Positions 37,545 to 49,475 of a DNA stretch of 64,000 nt are shown here, one piece after another. The DNA is from Octopus sinensis (Eukaryota). Position 1 is the first letter of the stretch. Each line of letters starts with the position of its first letter. The notes under the pieces are model-generated. The model was not told the DNA's origin and ran no database searches. It was given only the letters and a program-made list of their open reading frames with translations. The stretch spans positions 15,996,001-16,060,000 of the forward strand of contig NC_043007.1 of assembly GCF_006345805.1 (NCBI RefSeq), read 5' to 3'. A program made the position numbers and the translations under genes.

Positions 37545-38317
37545 GGTGCAATGGGTAAACTGTCACCATTTTATATTTTTAGTTTTGTGAATGCACATTG
37601 TTTGCTTTTGATTTTGTTGACTACACAGCATAGTAGGGTCCTTTGGGCACTGTCAGAGAAAAACGGCACCCTGATGCAATTTACTCTGCCATAATTTGGA
37701 AATGACATGCTGTATTGCATGGCATTCATACCAGAAGCTCCAATACGAACTGTTGGTGAACAAATAGAACAACTGTTGGCTTGCTGTCAAACATCCAGTC
37801 AGCATCATTCATCTTCCCACATGGCCTCAAACTCAACACAGAGGCCTATATCAATTGCCTGGAGGAGGTAGTGCCTTCCTGGGTCAAGAGGGTGGCTGCT
37901 GAAAGACCTCATGTCTGGCAACAGGACTCTGCACCATGCCACACAAGCAGGAGAACCCAGTCATGGCTGTCAGACAATTTCTGTGACCACATCACCCCTG
38001 ACATCTGGCCACCTAACTCCCCAGACTGCAGCCCCCTTGATTATTATGTGTGGAGCACAGCTGAATGAGAGACCAACAAAACTCCTTGTAACACCGAAGA
38101 TGAACTAAAAGCAAGGATTATGGCAGCATTCACCAACTTAAACATGGACACTGTCCAGAAGAGCTGCAGGAGATTCAGAAGTGGTCTGAAGGCCTTGGTT
38201 GAAGCCAATGGCGATTTTATTGAATAAATTTACCCTTTAGTGTTTCTTTTAAAATGAGATGTCAGTGTTATTTTCACCATTGCGTAATTTAGACGATAAT
38301 ATATTCACCGCACCCTG
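37542..38317 (+). mobile_element. Internally deleted DD37D (maT) element
   Basis: Same TIRs as 20551-21832; WQQDSAPCH...SPDCSPLDY. Confidence 0.85.
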
Positions 38318-39084
38318 TATGTATACATATATATATACATACACAGAGGCTAGGCCAAAAGTCATGCACCAAAACATTTGAGATTGTATTTATTTTATGT
38401 TATCCTATTATTATCATTCATTTTGTTTGTTTACAAGTACATGAGTGTTCTTCATTATTTTATTTATTATATTCAGTTTTAGAAAAAAAGTTGAAGCATG
38501 TCTTTGACAGTTCCAGAGCATATTGAACTTATTTTGTGCATGAATTTTGGTCCACCTTACTCTTTTACTTGTTTCAGTCATTTCACTGTGGCCATGCTGG
38601 AGCACCGCCTTTAGTTGAGTGAATCGACCTCAGGACTTATTCTTTCCAAGCCCAGTACTTATTCTCTTGGTCTCTTTTGCTGAACCGCTAAGTTACGGGG
38701 ACATAAACACACCAGCATCGTTTGTGAAGCGATGTTGGTGGTTCAAACACACACATACATATATATAGATATATATATTGAAATAAAACTTACTTGGAGA
38801 AGAAGAAAAACGACGCGAGCGTTCAATCATATAATAACAATTTAATAAATAAAACATATGCATACATACATACATATATGTACATACCTACATCTATATG
38901 TATATATACATGCATATATGAGTACAGGACACCAGAAATAAACGTAGAATACGAGAAACGAAAACATAAAATCAAACAAGGAAACGGACTTTTTTTTAAC
39001 AACGAAAAAACAGAGTACAAGACAAACAATACAAGGAACATCCCCCTTCATCAGCTGCCCCTATTTCGACTCAATGCGTGTTTC

Positions 39085-39550
39085 GAACTCAGAAGTAGCG
39101 GCAGACGAAATGCTGCTAAGCATTTCGTCCGGCATGCAAACGATTCTTATTTCTTTATTGCCCACAAGGGGCTAAACATAGAGGGGACAAACAAGGACAA
39201 AGGGATTAAGTCGATTAGATCGACCCCCCCGTGCGTAACTGGTCCTTAATTTATCTACCCCGAAAGGATGAAAGGCAAAGTCGACCTCGGCGGAATTTGA
39301 ACTCAGAACGTAACGACAGGTGAAATACCTATTTCTTTACTACCCACAAGGAGCTAAACACAGAGAGGACAGACAAACGGATTAAGTCGATTATATCGAC
39401 CCCAGTGCGTAATTGGTACTTATTTAATCGACCACGAAAATATGAAAGACAAAGCAGACCTCGGTGGAATTTGAACTCAGAACGTAGCAGCAGGCAAAAT
39501 GCTGCTAAGCATTTCGCCCGGCGTGCTAACGATTCTGCCAACTCACCTCC
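39085..39550 (-). mobile_element. SINE family B multimer
   Basis: Two complete tandem cores plus a partial head. Confidence 0.8.
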
Positions 39551-39745
39551 GTAAGAACGACAAAGGATGTAATAAAGAAGAGGTTGGCGATGAGCCGAAG
39601 GTAATATATTCAGTAATAATCATATGAGAGATAGAGTAGCTGTAAGAGTAGATAAAGAGATTAGAGTAACACAGAAGAGGGATACATGGGGAAATTTCAA
39701 AAAATGCAAGAGAAGAAGTATTGATAGAATTGGAGTGGCAGATAT

Positions 39746-40128
39746 GGAAGCACTCCGTCGGTTACGACGACGAGGGTTCCGGTTGATCCGATCAACGGAA
39801 CAGCCTGCTCGTGAAATTAACGTGTAAGTGGCTGAGCACTCCACAGACACGTGTACCCTTAAGGTAGTTCTCGGGGATATTCAGCGTGACACAGAAAGTG
39901 ACAAGGCCGGCCCTTTGAAATACAGGTACAACAGAAACAGGAAGTAAGAGTGAGAGAAAGTTGTGGTGAAAGAGTACAGCAGGGATCACCACCATCCCCT
40001 GCCGGAGCCTCGTGGAGCTTTTAGGTGTTTTCGCTCAATAAATACTCACAACGCCCGGTCTGGGAATCGAAACCGCGATCCTACGACCGCGAGTCCGCTG
40101 CCCTAACCATGGGGCCATTGCACCTCCA
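39746..40128 (-). mobile_element. SINE family C, full length
   Basis: 12-bp TSD agtggcagatat. Confidence 0.85.
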
Positions 40129-40366
40129 AGTGGCAGATATAGAAAGGAATAAAAGCAATGAAAGTTAGACATAAGAAATTGAAGGGGTGAATGAGAGAGA
40201 GAAAGAGAGGCTGAAGTAGATGAGACGTAGCTAGATAGAAAAAAGATGGACATATATATTATATACACGTTTGTGTGTCATTGTGACACAAGATCCTCTA
40301 GAAATAGATAATTCTAATAAATCAAGAATTTATGTTGTATTTTATATACTTGTATCTGTTTATACT

Positions 40367-40410
<44 letters not shown>

Positions 40411-40419
40411 TATATATAT

Positions 40420-40985
40420 ATTTCTTTACTGCCCACAAGGGGCTAAACATAGAGAGGACAAACAAGGACAGACAAAGGGATTAAGTCGATTATATCGACC
40501 CCACTGCGTAATTGGTACTTAATTTATCGACCCCGAAAGGATGAAAGGCAAAGTCGACCTCGGCGGAATTTGAACTCAGAACGTAACGACAGGCGAAATA
40601 CCTATTTCTTTACTACCCACGAAGAGCTAAACACAGAGAGGACAGACAAACGGATTAAGTCGATTATATCGACCCCAGTGCGTAATTGGTACTTAATTTA
40701 TCGACCCCGAAAGGATGAAAGGCAAAGTCGACCTCGGCGGAATTTGAACTCAGAATATACTCTTTTACTCTAACAATGCTAGGGTAACAAACACACACAC
40801 ATACATATATATATACATATATACGACAGGCTTCTTTCAGTTTCCGTCTACCAAATCCACTCACAAGGCATTGGTCGGCCCGGGGCTATAGCAGAAGACA
40901 CTTGCCCAAAATACCACGCAGTGGGACTGAACCCGGAACCATGTGGTTGGTTAGCAAGCTACTTACCACACAGCCACTCCTGCGT
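40420..40985 (-). mobile_element. SINE B dimer abutting a SINE A 5' half
   Basis: Family B cores at 40420-40755; family A at 40760-40985. Confidence 0.75.
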
Positions 40986-42351
40986 GTAAATATATATATA
41001 TATATATACATGTATTTCTCTCTCTCTCTCTCTTATACAGTGTGTGTGCATATATGTAAATAAGCGAATGTGTGTATAAATATAGGCATGTGTCTATATA
41101 GGTGTATGTGTATTTATGTACGCACACACACGTACGGGCGCGCGTATTCATACAATGATTCTTTCAAGACTGTCTTTCATGCTATACTTGAGAATTAATT
41201 GACATGTATTGAAATGCAGGTTACGCCGTGGTTGTGTATGTGATAGGATAGAGTTTGGATTGAACTGAATCGTTATCAATTGTGGGTGTAGTCCATAAAT
41301 TGGCAGATCGCTGTGTTTTAAATTGCAAGGGGGGATAAAGAGGTTAGCGAAAGGAGGGAGACTGTTAGCGAAAGATAGAGAAGTTTGTGTCTATGTAACA
41401 AAGACAAGGCAATCTTGTCTGAGACGAAATGGACAGAGAATGTTGGCATACTAAATTGAAGAAAAGAGGAAAGACAGAAAGGAAGAAACTGTGTGTATGA
41501 GAGAGGGAGATAGAGTAATAGACAGAGACGAGAGGTGAATAGAGTAATGCAAGCTTGAGATAATCGTTTAAGTTAGTGTATAAACAAAATAGAGTAAGCA
41601 ATTTGTATATCATACTTGAAGCATATATACTGCTGGAAGCCTTCTAAACTGCAGTATTCGTCTCGAGAAAGCATCTCTTATAGGCATATAGTGTAAAAAA
41701 ACTATATCAGTAGCAGCGGGGGTATTGCTGAATTTGGATTTCTGCTTCGTTGCACTCCATCAGTGGCACGTATCCACTGACAGCACATACTAAGTGAAAA
41801 TCAGCCGCGAATTGATATAGTTAAATAGTGATTGAAAACTCACCGATGTTGCAATTAGCCGGCAGGCTGAATAAAAATTCGTTATTAGCTTAGTTACGGG
41901 CTGACCTTAGATAAGGCATAGCACCCGTTCAGCCACCCTGCCATGGATATGTTGAGGTCATGGGACTGCAGCATGATGGATTGTGAAAAGGTGGTAGAAG
42001 GGCTCAACTGAGCCAACAGTGTTTCTTACACTGATGCTGAGCGGAGGAATTCTCGAAAGATCACCAAACTCTATCAAGAGAGTAACTATAACGCATCCAT
42101 AGGGGTGGCATTTATGGTTGTGTAATCAGCTGATGAAAGATTCACTATGACAGAAGACCCCAACTCATATTCATAATGATGGAATTGGATGGTAACAGTC
42201 ATGGGAATCCGCGAGAGCAGCAAAAAAAAAAAAAAGTGATGGAAACAGTATTAGTTCAAATTAGCAATCCGGATATCATACTTAAAGCATATACACTAAC
42301 CTTCTAAATTGCAGTTTTCATTTCGAGAAAGAGCTTCTTAGTGTTAACAAA

Positions 42352-42545
42352 TCTGTTATATAAAATCCGTTCTGTCTGTCTGTGTGTGTGTCTTCTAAGA
42401 TCTCGGGCATCCGCCATCCGATTGCGCTCAAATTTGATATGTAAATACCGACGGTATCAGGGCGTGTATAAGTCTTGAAAAAATGATAAAAATCGATTCC
42501 AGGTGAGAATGCGATCGACAAAGCCGTGGGAAATCGTTTTTCTTT
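42352..42545 (+). mobile_element. Helitron/DINE-like 5' fragment
   Basis: 'tct...atataaaatccgttctgtctgtctgtgtg...ccgattgcgctcaaatttg' resembles non-autonomous Helitron-type 5' ends with (GTCT)n. Confidence 0.45.
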
Positions 42546-42857
42546 GGAATAGAAAAAGTCTATCTTTATTTCTTCTTTTGCTGGTGTCTCAAATCAGTGT
42601 TTCTCAAACGGGGGCTATGGGACGGTCGGACAAGTTGTTTTGAGAAAATTTGGTTTAAATGTTTGACAACTCAGCACCGTCCGTTGGACGTGGGGGTGGT
42701 GTTTTGCTCGTATAGAAATATAGAAGCAGAAGATGATCTTCCGTCAGCAGTGTTGGCATTGCTGCGTGCGGATTTTTGCTTCTTTGAGCTTTACCAGTAG
42801 CAAGAATACTCACTGTTCTCGGCCGATTTTCGCTTAGCCTGCGATCCCAGTGGATTC

Positions 42858-42902
42858 TTGCTGCTGATGAAGCTCAAAGAAGCAGAAATACCTATTTAGC
42901 AG
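42858..42902 (+). ncRNA. Hammerhead-like motif
   Basis: UUGCUG CUGAUGA A GCU CAAAGA AGC A GAAA UACCUA UU UAGCAG; 6-bp stem I, weak 3-bp stem II. Confidence 0.45.
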
Positions 42903-43019
42903 TGCGACCACTGCTGCTGAACAATTTTTGTTTGCTGCTGCTATTTGTTTTTGTTTTTTTAATGCTACATAAGAGAAACTTTCTCGAGACGAATACTGAA
43001 GTTAAGAAGTCTTTCAGTA

Positions 43020-43072
<53 letters not shown>

Positions 43073-43226
43073 TAATTTTAAAATAAACATACAAATTTCC
43101 GCACGAAGACACGTAGTCTATGCCCTAGGGACGTAGCTTCAACCGTGTTCTTTCTGATGTGAATTTGCTACCCAGGTATCGGTTATCTTTCGAATTATCC
43201 TTAATAAGATAATTCATTCAATTACT

Positions 43227-43274
<48 letters not shown>

Positions 43275-43345
43275 TTAAGTATGATATATAAGCTGCTAAT
43301 GAATTAAGTATGATATATAAGCTGCTAATTATATATATATATATA

Positions 43346-43376
<31 letters not shown>

Positions 43377-44127
43377 CCATATATATATATATATATATAT
43401 ATATATCTATATATATATATATATATATGAATAAGTATGATATATAAGCTGCTAATTTGAACTATTACTTCTTCTGTCGCTAATAACGAATTTAAATAAA
43501 TAAGTGGGAACAACAAGCAAATGAATAAATGATATATGTTCTTATGCATAGAATGTTTATTTTGTAAATATTGCATCGGTGCGGTCATATTCGTTTCATA
43601 GTAATGTCAATAATGAAATAAATGCAATAGTATAATAGACAACACATATCTTTGCTGTTGCTTAATAGTTTTATGTTTAATTTTGTTTGTAGCGCCTTTA
43701 TATAGTGAGAGACATGACATTCTCTGTTAGTGTAGAAATAGACGGTCAATGACCTGACAAGATAATCGAAAAATATAAAGTTAAAGAAAAGATTGGAAGA
43801 GGGGGGGGGGGGCGTGGAAGCCACAACAGGGGCTTAAACCGCTAAATAAACAAGATATATTAGAGGAGTAAATAAGTGGGAACAGGTAAATGGAAAAAAT
43901 CAAATGTGTTATGTCAGTCACGTAGAATGTTTTTTTGTGGATGTTGAATTGACGTAATTTTGTAGGAATGTGAGAAAATAACGAAATATATTTGTTGGTT
44001 TAGATTTTTATGCTTACTCTATTGAAAGAAGTTACAGAAATTGATAGATATTCAGACAGATGCATAAATTGATAAGTTTGCAGAAAGATAACTGTTTAGA
44101 TAAGACGATAGGAAGATAAGATCGTTA

Positions 44128-44343
44128 TATACTCTTTTACTCTTTTACTTGTTTCAGTCATTTGACTGCGGCCATGCTGGAGCACCGCCTTTAGTCGAGC
44201 AAATCGACCCCGGGACTTATTCTTTTGTAAGCCCAGTACTTATTCTATCGGTCTCTTTTGCCGAACCGCTAAGTGACGGGGACGTAAGCACACCAGCATC
44301 GGTTGTCAAGCAATGCTAGGGGGACAAACACAGGCACACAAAC

Positions 44344-44382
<39 letters not shown>

Positions 44383-44532
44383 CATATATACGACAGGCTT
44401 CTTTCAGTTTCCGTCTACCAAATCCACTCACAAGGCATTGGTCGGCCCGAGGCTATAGCAGAAGACACTTGCCCAAGGTGCCACGCAGTGGGACTGAACC
44501 CGGAACCATGTGGTTGGTAAGGAAGCTACTTA

Positions 44533-44536
<4 letters not shown>
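44128..44536 (-). mobile_element. SINE family A, full length
   Basis: Complete consensus. Confidence 0.85.
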
Positions 44537-44565
<29 letters not shown>

Positions 44566-44684
44566 ATATCAATAATAACAAAGGGTAAAATTAATTAATT
44601 AACTAGTAATCAATAATTCCACCAAGTAGAATTCGGCACGAAAAGGGACCATTTCTCGGTAAACTTAAGTAATATTTAATAATT

Positions 44685-44866
44685 AGGGTTCAACAAAGAT
44701 TTGCTTTACCACATACCGAAGTTTACAAATAGCAGCCAGAGAACCTTAGCTATCTCCTCTACTTTAAAAGGAGATTCCCAGACAAAAATTAGAGGAAATA
44801 GCTAAGGTTCTCTGGCTGCTATTTCTAAACTTCGGTATGTGGTAATGTAAATCTTTGCTGAACCCT
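44685..44866. repeat. Fold-back inverted repeat, ~77-bp arms
   Basis: 44685-44761 versus 44790-44866; lies between (CA)n and (TA)n tracts. Confidence 0.85.
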
Positions 44867-44876
44867 GATTTAAATA

Positions 44877-44944
<68 letters not shown>

Positions 44945-44989
44945 CCCCAGCATGGCCACAGCTCATTAGCTGAAACTGGAAAAATCAAA

Positions 44990-45032
<43 letters not shown>

Positions 45033-45210
45033 TTATTATTTTCTTATTAGTAGTAGTTAGTAGTTTTATTATATTATTATATTAGTTTTTATTATTATTA
45101 TTATTATTATTAGGGAAGATCAATTCCAATGCCACAGGAATGACACATTCAAATTAAAGATATTAAATTGAATTACTCTCAATAATTAATTCATATCTAT
45201 CAAAATTGTG

Positions 45211-45688
45211 TTAGAGATAGAAACACGCACAACTTCATCAACTCCGAACGGTATTAATTCAACCAAGCCATTAAATATTATACTTACTATTTCTATTCAC
45301 AATCCCCAAATTTTCCATATTACGGACTGCGCGTGTAAAATTCTTATGTCTTAAATTTATAAGGTTCATTAATTTATTTATTTACTTATTTATACTTATA
45401 TACTTGTAATTAATTTTGACAAACATAGTGATATATAAGGAGTAGTTATATTTATAAATGTAGGGAAAATAGACCTGACGATTGGGAGTGCGTGAACATA
45501 ATGAGTTTTTGAATGAGACTTTGTGTCTTAATAATACCATACGTACCCTCATGAAACACGTGTAGTCCGTAATATGGAAAGTTTGTTGATTATGAATAGA
45601 AATACTAAGTATAATATTTAATATTTTATGGCTTGGTTGAGTTAATACCGTTCGGAGTTGATGAAGTTGTGGGTGTTTCTGTCTCTAA
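45211..45688. repeat. Fold-back inverted repeat (~125-bp arms) enclosing a hammerhead
   Basis: 45211-45335 versus 45557-45688. Confidence 0.85.
45472..45567 (+). ncRNA. Type-I hammerhead ribozyme
   Basis: GAC CUGACGA UUGGGAGUGCGU...ACGUACCCUCAU GAAA CACGUG UA GUC. Confidence 0.7.
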
Positions 45689-46842
45689 TAATAATAATAC
45701 TAATAATAATAATACATATATATATGGGGTGAAGGCGTGTGGCTTAGTGGTTGAGGCATTGTATAAGTTTAGGATGTTCTTGTGCAAAACACTTCATTTC
45801 AGCTAACAAAAGTGAGTAATCTTGCGGTGTCGACTGGCGTCCCGTCAAGGGCTTGGAGGTGCCACATGGCCAGCTGGGCACTTAAATTAAGTATAGAAGA
45901 CCTGAGACAAACAAAACCAAAAAAGAAAGAACAATTAAAAACCCTTCCCTACATCTCTACACACAACCCACTTAACAATGAGGCCTTCAACACCATACTA
46001 CAAAGCACAGCCCTACTAAAGGGAGACCTAAAGATGAACCGGATCCTCGAAACACACTCCATCATTAAAAGTAAACGGCAACCAAAATCCTTGAAAAGGA
46101 TTTTAACCCAAGCTAAACTGCACTCAACATCAACCACAAAACCAGCAGTTAGAAAATGTGGAAGGCCCAACTGCGGAATCTGTGTCATCTTGGTAGAAGG
46201 TTCAGAATTTATACTAGAACAAGGCCATCAGTTCACCATTAGAACAAACTTCACCTGTGCATCAGAAAACTTAATTTACGTCTTAACATGCGCAGGCTGC
46301 AATAGGCAATATATAGGCCATACAAAAATAGCTTACGTAAAAGGATGGCGGTGCATAAATCACAAATTAGAAACCCTGAATACCGGAAAATACCGATCAG
46401 CGGACACATAGATAGATGTGCTGCAAATGAAAATCCGAAATTTACAACTTACCCACTTTACAAATTCAGTGACAGCGTAACCTTCACTCAACGCCAAAAT
46501 AAAGAACTTTATTTCATCAAAAAATTTAGACCAAGTTTGAACACCCTGGGCCAGGAATATTAAAACAAAACATTGGTCTTCCGAAAAAGAAAAAACGAAA
46601 CTCTACCACAACCTCTACGACTGCTCCCACTAGCACTACTACTATAACCACCGTGGTCACTACCATTACTGCTACGATCAACAGCCCCCTACTGCTACCA
46701 CTGCGGCTACGGCCACAGTGAGAGAATTAAAATAGTGGAGGTGGGGAGAATTACAATTTCTCAGATCCTTAAACAGTCACTCCCGCTGGCAGTGGTATGT
46801 CTTAGGGAAGGAAGAATTTATAAAAAGATTTTTTCTCTGCGA

Positions 46843-47150
46843 GCAGATCTGATTTTGATTCGTCAAAAAATTGATGACGTTTTACCTCCGTGGTCAAGCT
46901 TGTCGCCATGCTTGGTTGGTTTCCTTACAAGATACAGTTATGAGTCAGATCTGATTTTGATTCGTTAAAAAATTGATTACGTTTTTCTTCCGTGGTCAAA
47001 CTAGTCGTTCTGCTTGGTTAGCCACCTTACAGGATACAGTTATGGGTCAGATCTGATTTTGATTCGTTAAAAAATTGATGACGTTTTTCTTCTGTGGTCA
47101 AGCTTGTCGTTCTGCTTGGTTGGTTTCCTAACAGGATACAGTTATGGGTC
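46843..47150. repeat. 3 x ~102-bp tandem repeat within the PLE 3' region
   Basis: Units begin 'cagatctgattttgattcgt' at about 46843, 46946 and 47048. Confidence 0.85.
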
Positions 47151-47520
47151 TTTTCCTTATATTCGTTGAAGCTGGGTTTTGAATTATATGACGTCAGTGA
47201 ACAGTGCCAGAGACCACGGCTACTGCTGCTGTCACAGCTGATATAACCCCAACCACCACCAAATTACGACCAACAGACGACGACCAAGAATCACTACTGT
47301 TGCTTCCATTGGAACACAAGGTAAAATCTATAATGAACTTCTCCACTACACTCGACAAAACAGTAAGGAACGACTATGGATTTTTTCTATTATACTCTTT
47401 ATAATATATTTGAAAAGGTTCGCCTTTTTAAGAACATGGATTCTATTGAATGTATATAGCATGGATTCTATTGAATGTATGTAACAATTATGAACTGTTC
47501 CATTATACTGTTTATTATAA

Positions 47521-47570
47521 TTTTTTTTGATAAGGTTCGTTATTTCAAGAACCGAAACGTGTAAAATTAA
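47521..47570 (+). ncRNA. Hammerhead with U3-A8 core variant
   Basis: UUU UUGAUAA GGUUC GUUAUUUCAA GAACC GAAA CGUG UA AAA; a truncated twin UUGAAAA GGUUC..GAAC lies at 47410-47435. Confidence 0.55.
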
Positions 47571-47616
47571 ATTTATCTAATATAGTGATGTTTTCAAACT
47601 TCTTTTTTACAATATA

Positions 47617-47661
<45 letters not shown>

Positions 47662-47667
47662 TATATA

Positions 47668-47967
47668 CAATTACAGCGTGGAAGGTGTTTATAAGCCATT
47701 TAAGAAACACAAAAAGCCGTTCGATTCACTTCAACATTTAAGTTTAATTTGTCAAAATATTTTCGTCGCTTTAAGACCGCGACCTGTTCACTGACAAAAA
47801 TCCGTGCTGCACGGATTTTTGTCAGTGAACAGGTCGCGAATTTTGTTGAAGTGAATCGAACGGCTTTTATGTGTTTCTTAAATGGCTTATAAACACCTTC
47901 CACGCTGCAATTGTTTTCGTTTCAGCACACGATCTCAGATCAAATTACTTGCTATGCGTGTACATCT

Positions 47968-47975
<8 letters not shown>
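47668..47975. mobile_element. Fold-back non-autonomous element in (TA)n (family F1)
   Basis: Perfect 30-bp palindrome arms 47778-47807/47809-47838; outer arms 47668-47736 versus 47845-47913; homologous to 60322-60575. Confidence 0.8.
47748..47798 (-). ncRNA. Hammerhead with G3-C8 core variant
   Basis: UUUGUCA GUGAACA G GUCGC GGUCUUAAA GCGAC GAAA AUAU UU UGACAAA; 7-bp stem I, 5-bp stem II. Confidence 0.65.
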
Positions 47976-48002
<27 letters not shown>

Positions 48003-48066
48003 TACAGAATTCAGGCAACCGGCTTCATGAGTCTATGGCTTGGGAAACGCCATTGGTTCTTATATA

Positions 48067-48345
48067 TGTGGTATGATCAATAAGTATCCGGACTGTTGCC
48101 ATAGTAACAAAGCTAAAGCACGCAGAGTGAAGCTGCTTGGCACAGTTTGATCTTAAACTCTGCTGTGCATGCCCATGAAGTTTTAACGTTCTTTCTCTCT
48201 TTCGCTGTTTACAGCAGTGCTTGGAAGGAAGGTGTGTAGCATGTGATCGTCGCATTGATCATGACAGAGAAAGCTGAGCAGAGAATCTGCATCAAATTTT
48301 GCCAAAAGCTTGGCAAAACCAGCTCAGAGGCCTACACAAAGTTTT
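48067..48345 (+). mobile_element. Mariner 5' fragment
   Basis: TIR-like 'tgtggtatgatcaataagtatccggact' and MTEKAEQRICIKFCQKLGKTSSEAY (mariner N-terminal HTH). Confidence 0.7.
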
Positions 48346-48839
48346 TAAAAAGTTTTCATCGTTCTCGACAATCAAGAAGATCCTGTACAACTAAAATCTG
48401 AGTTTTGGCACAAACTTGGCAGACACGTGTCTCATCGAATGATGGTTTATCACCTGTCTTTCGGCCGAACTGACTTTTACCGAAACCACTTTTGATCGAA
48501 CAACATTTTATGGAAATTCGAAACAACTTTTCATACAATATCTTTCTAAATGTATATTTTTCTGTAGAGTAATTATCTGTAGAACAACATTGAATGATTT
48601 TTTTAATAGCAAGGGCTATAGAATCGAAGAAATTTCTTTTGAATATATAAGTTTAACTTTGAGACTTGTTTGATAAAAGTTGACTATTTCAACCAAAGGT
48701 ATTTTGACCATTGATTCTTTGAGAATTGTAAAAAGGGAAATGCAATTTTAAGTGTAGAGCGATCACGCTTTGATCGTTTTACATTCAAATTACTGAATGA
48801 AATATCCGTACACTTTTTAACCATGCATACAATTTTCAT

Positions 48840-48892
<53 letters not shown>

Positions 48893-48904
48893 TTCTCTCT
48901 CTCT

Positions 48905-49170
48905 CTACCCCAGTGCGTAACTGGTACTTAATTTATCCACCCCGAAAGTCGACCCCACTCAGAACGTAGCTGCAGACGAAATACCTATTTCTTTACAACC
49001 CACAAGGGGCTAAACACAGAGGGGACTGACAAACGGTACTTAATTTATCGACCCCGAAAGGATGAAAGGCAAGTCAACCTCGGCGGAATTTGAACTCAGA
49101 ACGCAGCGGCGGATGAAATACCAGTAAGCATTTCGCCCGGCGCGCTAACGATTCTGCCAGCTCGCCGCCT
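48905..49170 (-). mobile_element. SINE family B, deleted dimer
   Basis: Family B core. Confidence 0.7.
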
Positions 49171-49231
49171 TTAGTTCTTCTGCAACCCCTCGATTTATTT
49201 TGTGTGAGTCTGTTACAATAATGGCTACCAT

Positions 49232-49475
49232 GTGGAGGCGCCTAGCATTAGTGGTAGATTGTAAGGTCGTGAGTTCGATACTCGGAGTTACGTTGTACTT
49301 GAGCAAGACACTTTATGAATAATACCTGTGTTTCAAAGGGTCAGCCTTGGCGCATTCTGTTCCCACTTTGAATCTCCCAGAAAAGCATGTTAAGGGTACG
49401 CATGTTAATTTCACGATCAAACTGTTCCCTGGATCGAATGAACTGGGGCACTTGTCGTCGTACCCGACAGTGCTA
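49232..49475 (+). mobile_element. SINE family C-related, degenerate
   Basis: Similar to 22335-22620. Confidence 0.55.

Larger units (their letters stand above)
41625..43025. mobile_element. Old element with long diverged inverted ends, each carrying a hammerhead-like motif
   Basis: 41625-41810 is the reverse complement of 42815-43025 ('ttcgtctcgagaaag', 'cagtggat...ctgatg...agcagaaat'); a partial third copy lies at about 42283-42340. Confidence 0.55.
45872..47610 (+). mobile_element. PLE 3' fragment (linker + GIY-YIG, frameshifted) and 3' region
   Basis: LPYISTHNP...CGRPNCGIC...NLIYVLTCAGCNRQYIG; frameshift near 46340; ...ELYFIKKFRPSLN; related to the 33450-36105 element. Confidence 0.85.

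Noticed and set aside
39020-39090. Minus-strand GAAACACG... followed by CUGAUGA AGGGGG..UCCUU
   Set aside because: Looks like halves of two tandem hammerheads, but the second lacks GAAA (GUAU) and the first is cut by a SINE; no complete motif.
48400-48530. ~15-bp periodic 'cgaa' motif
   Set aside because: Too degenerate to classify; probably a DNA-transposon subterminal repeat remnant.
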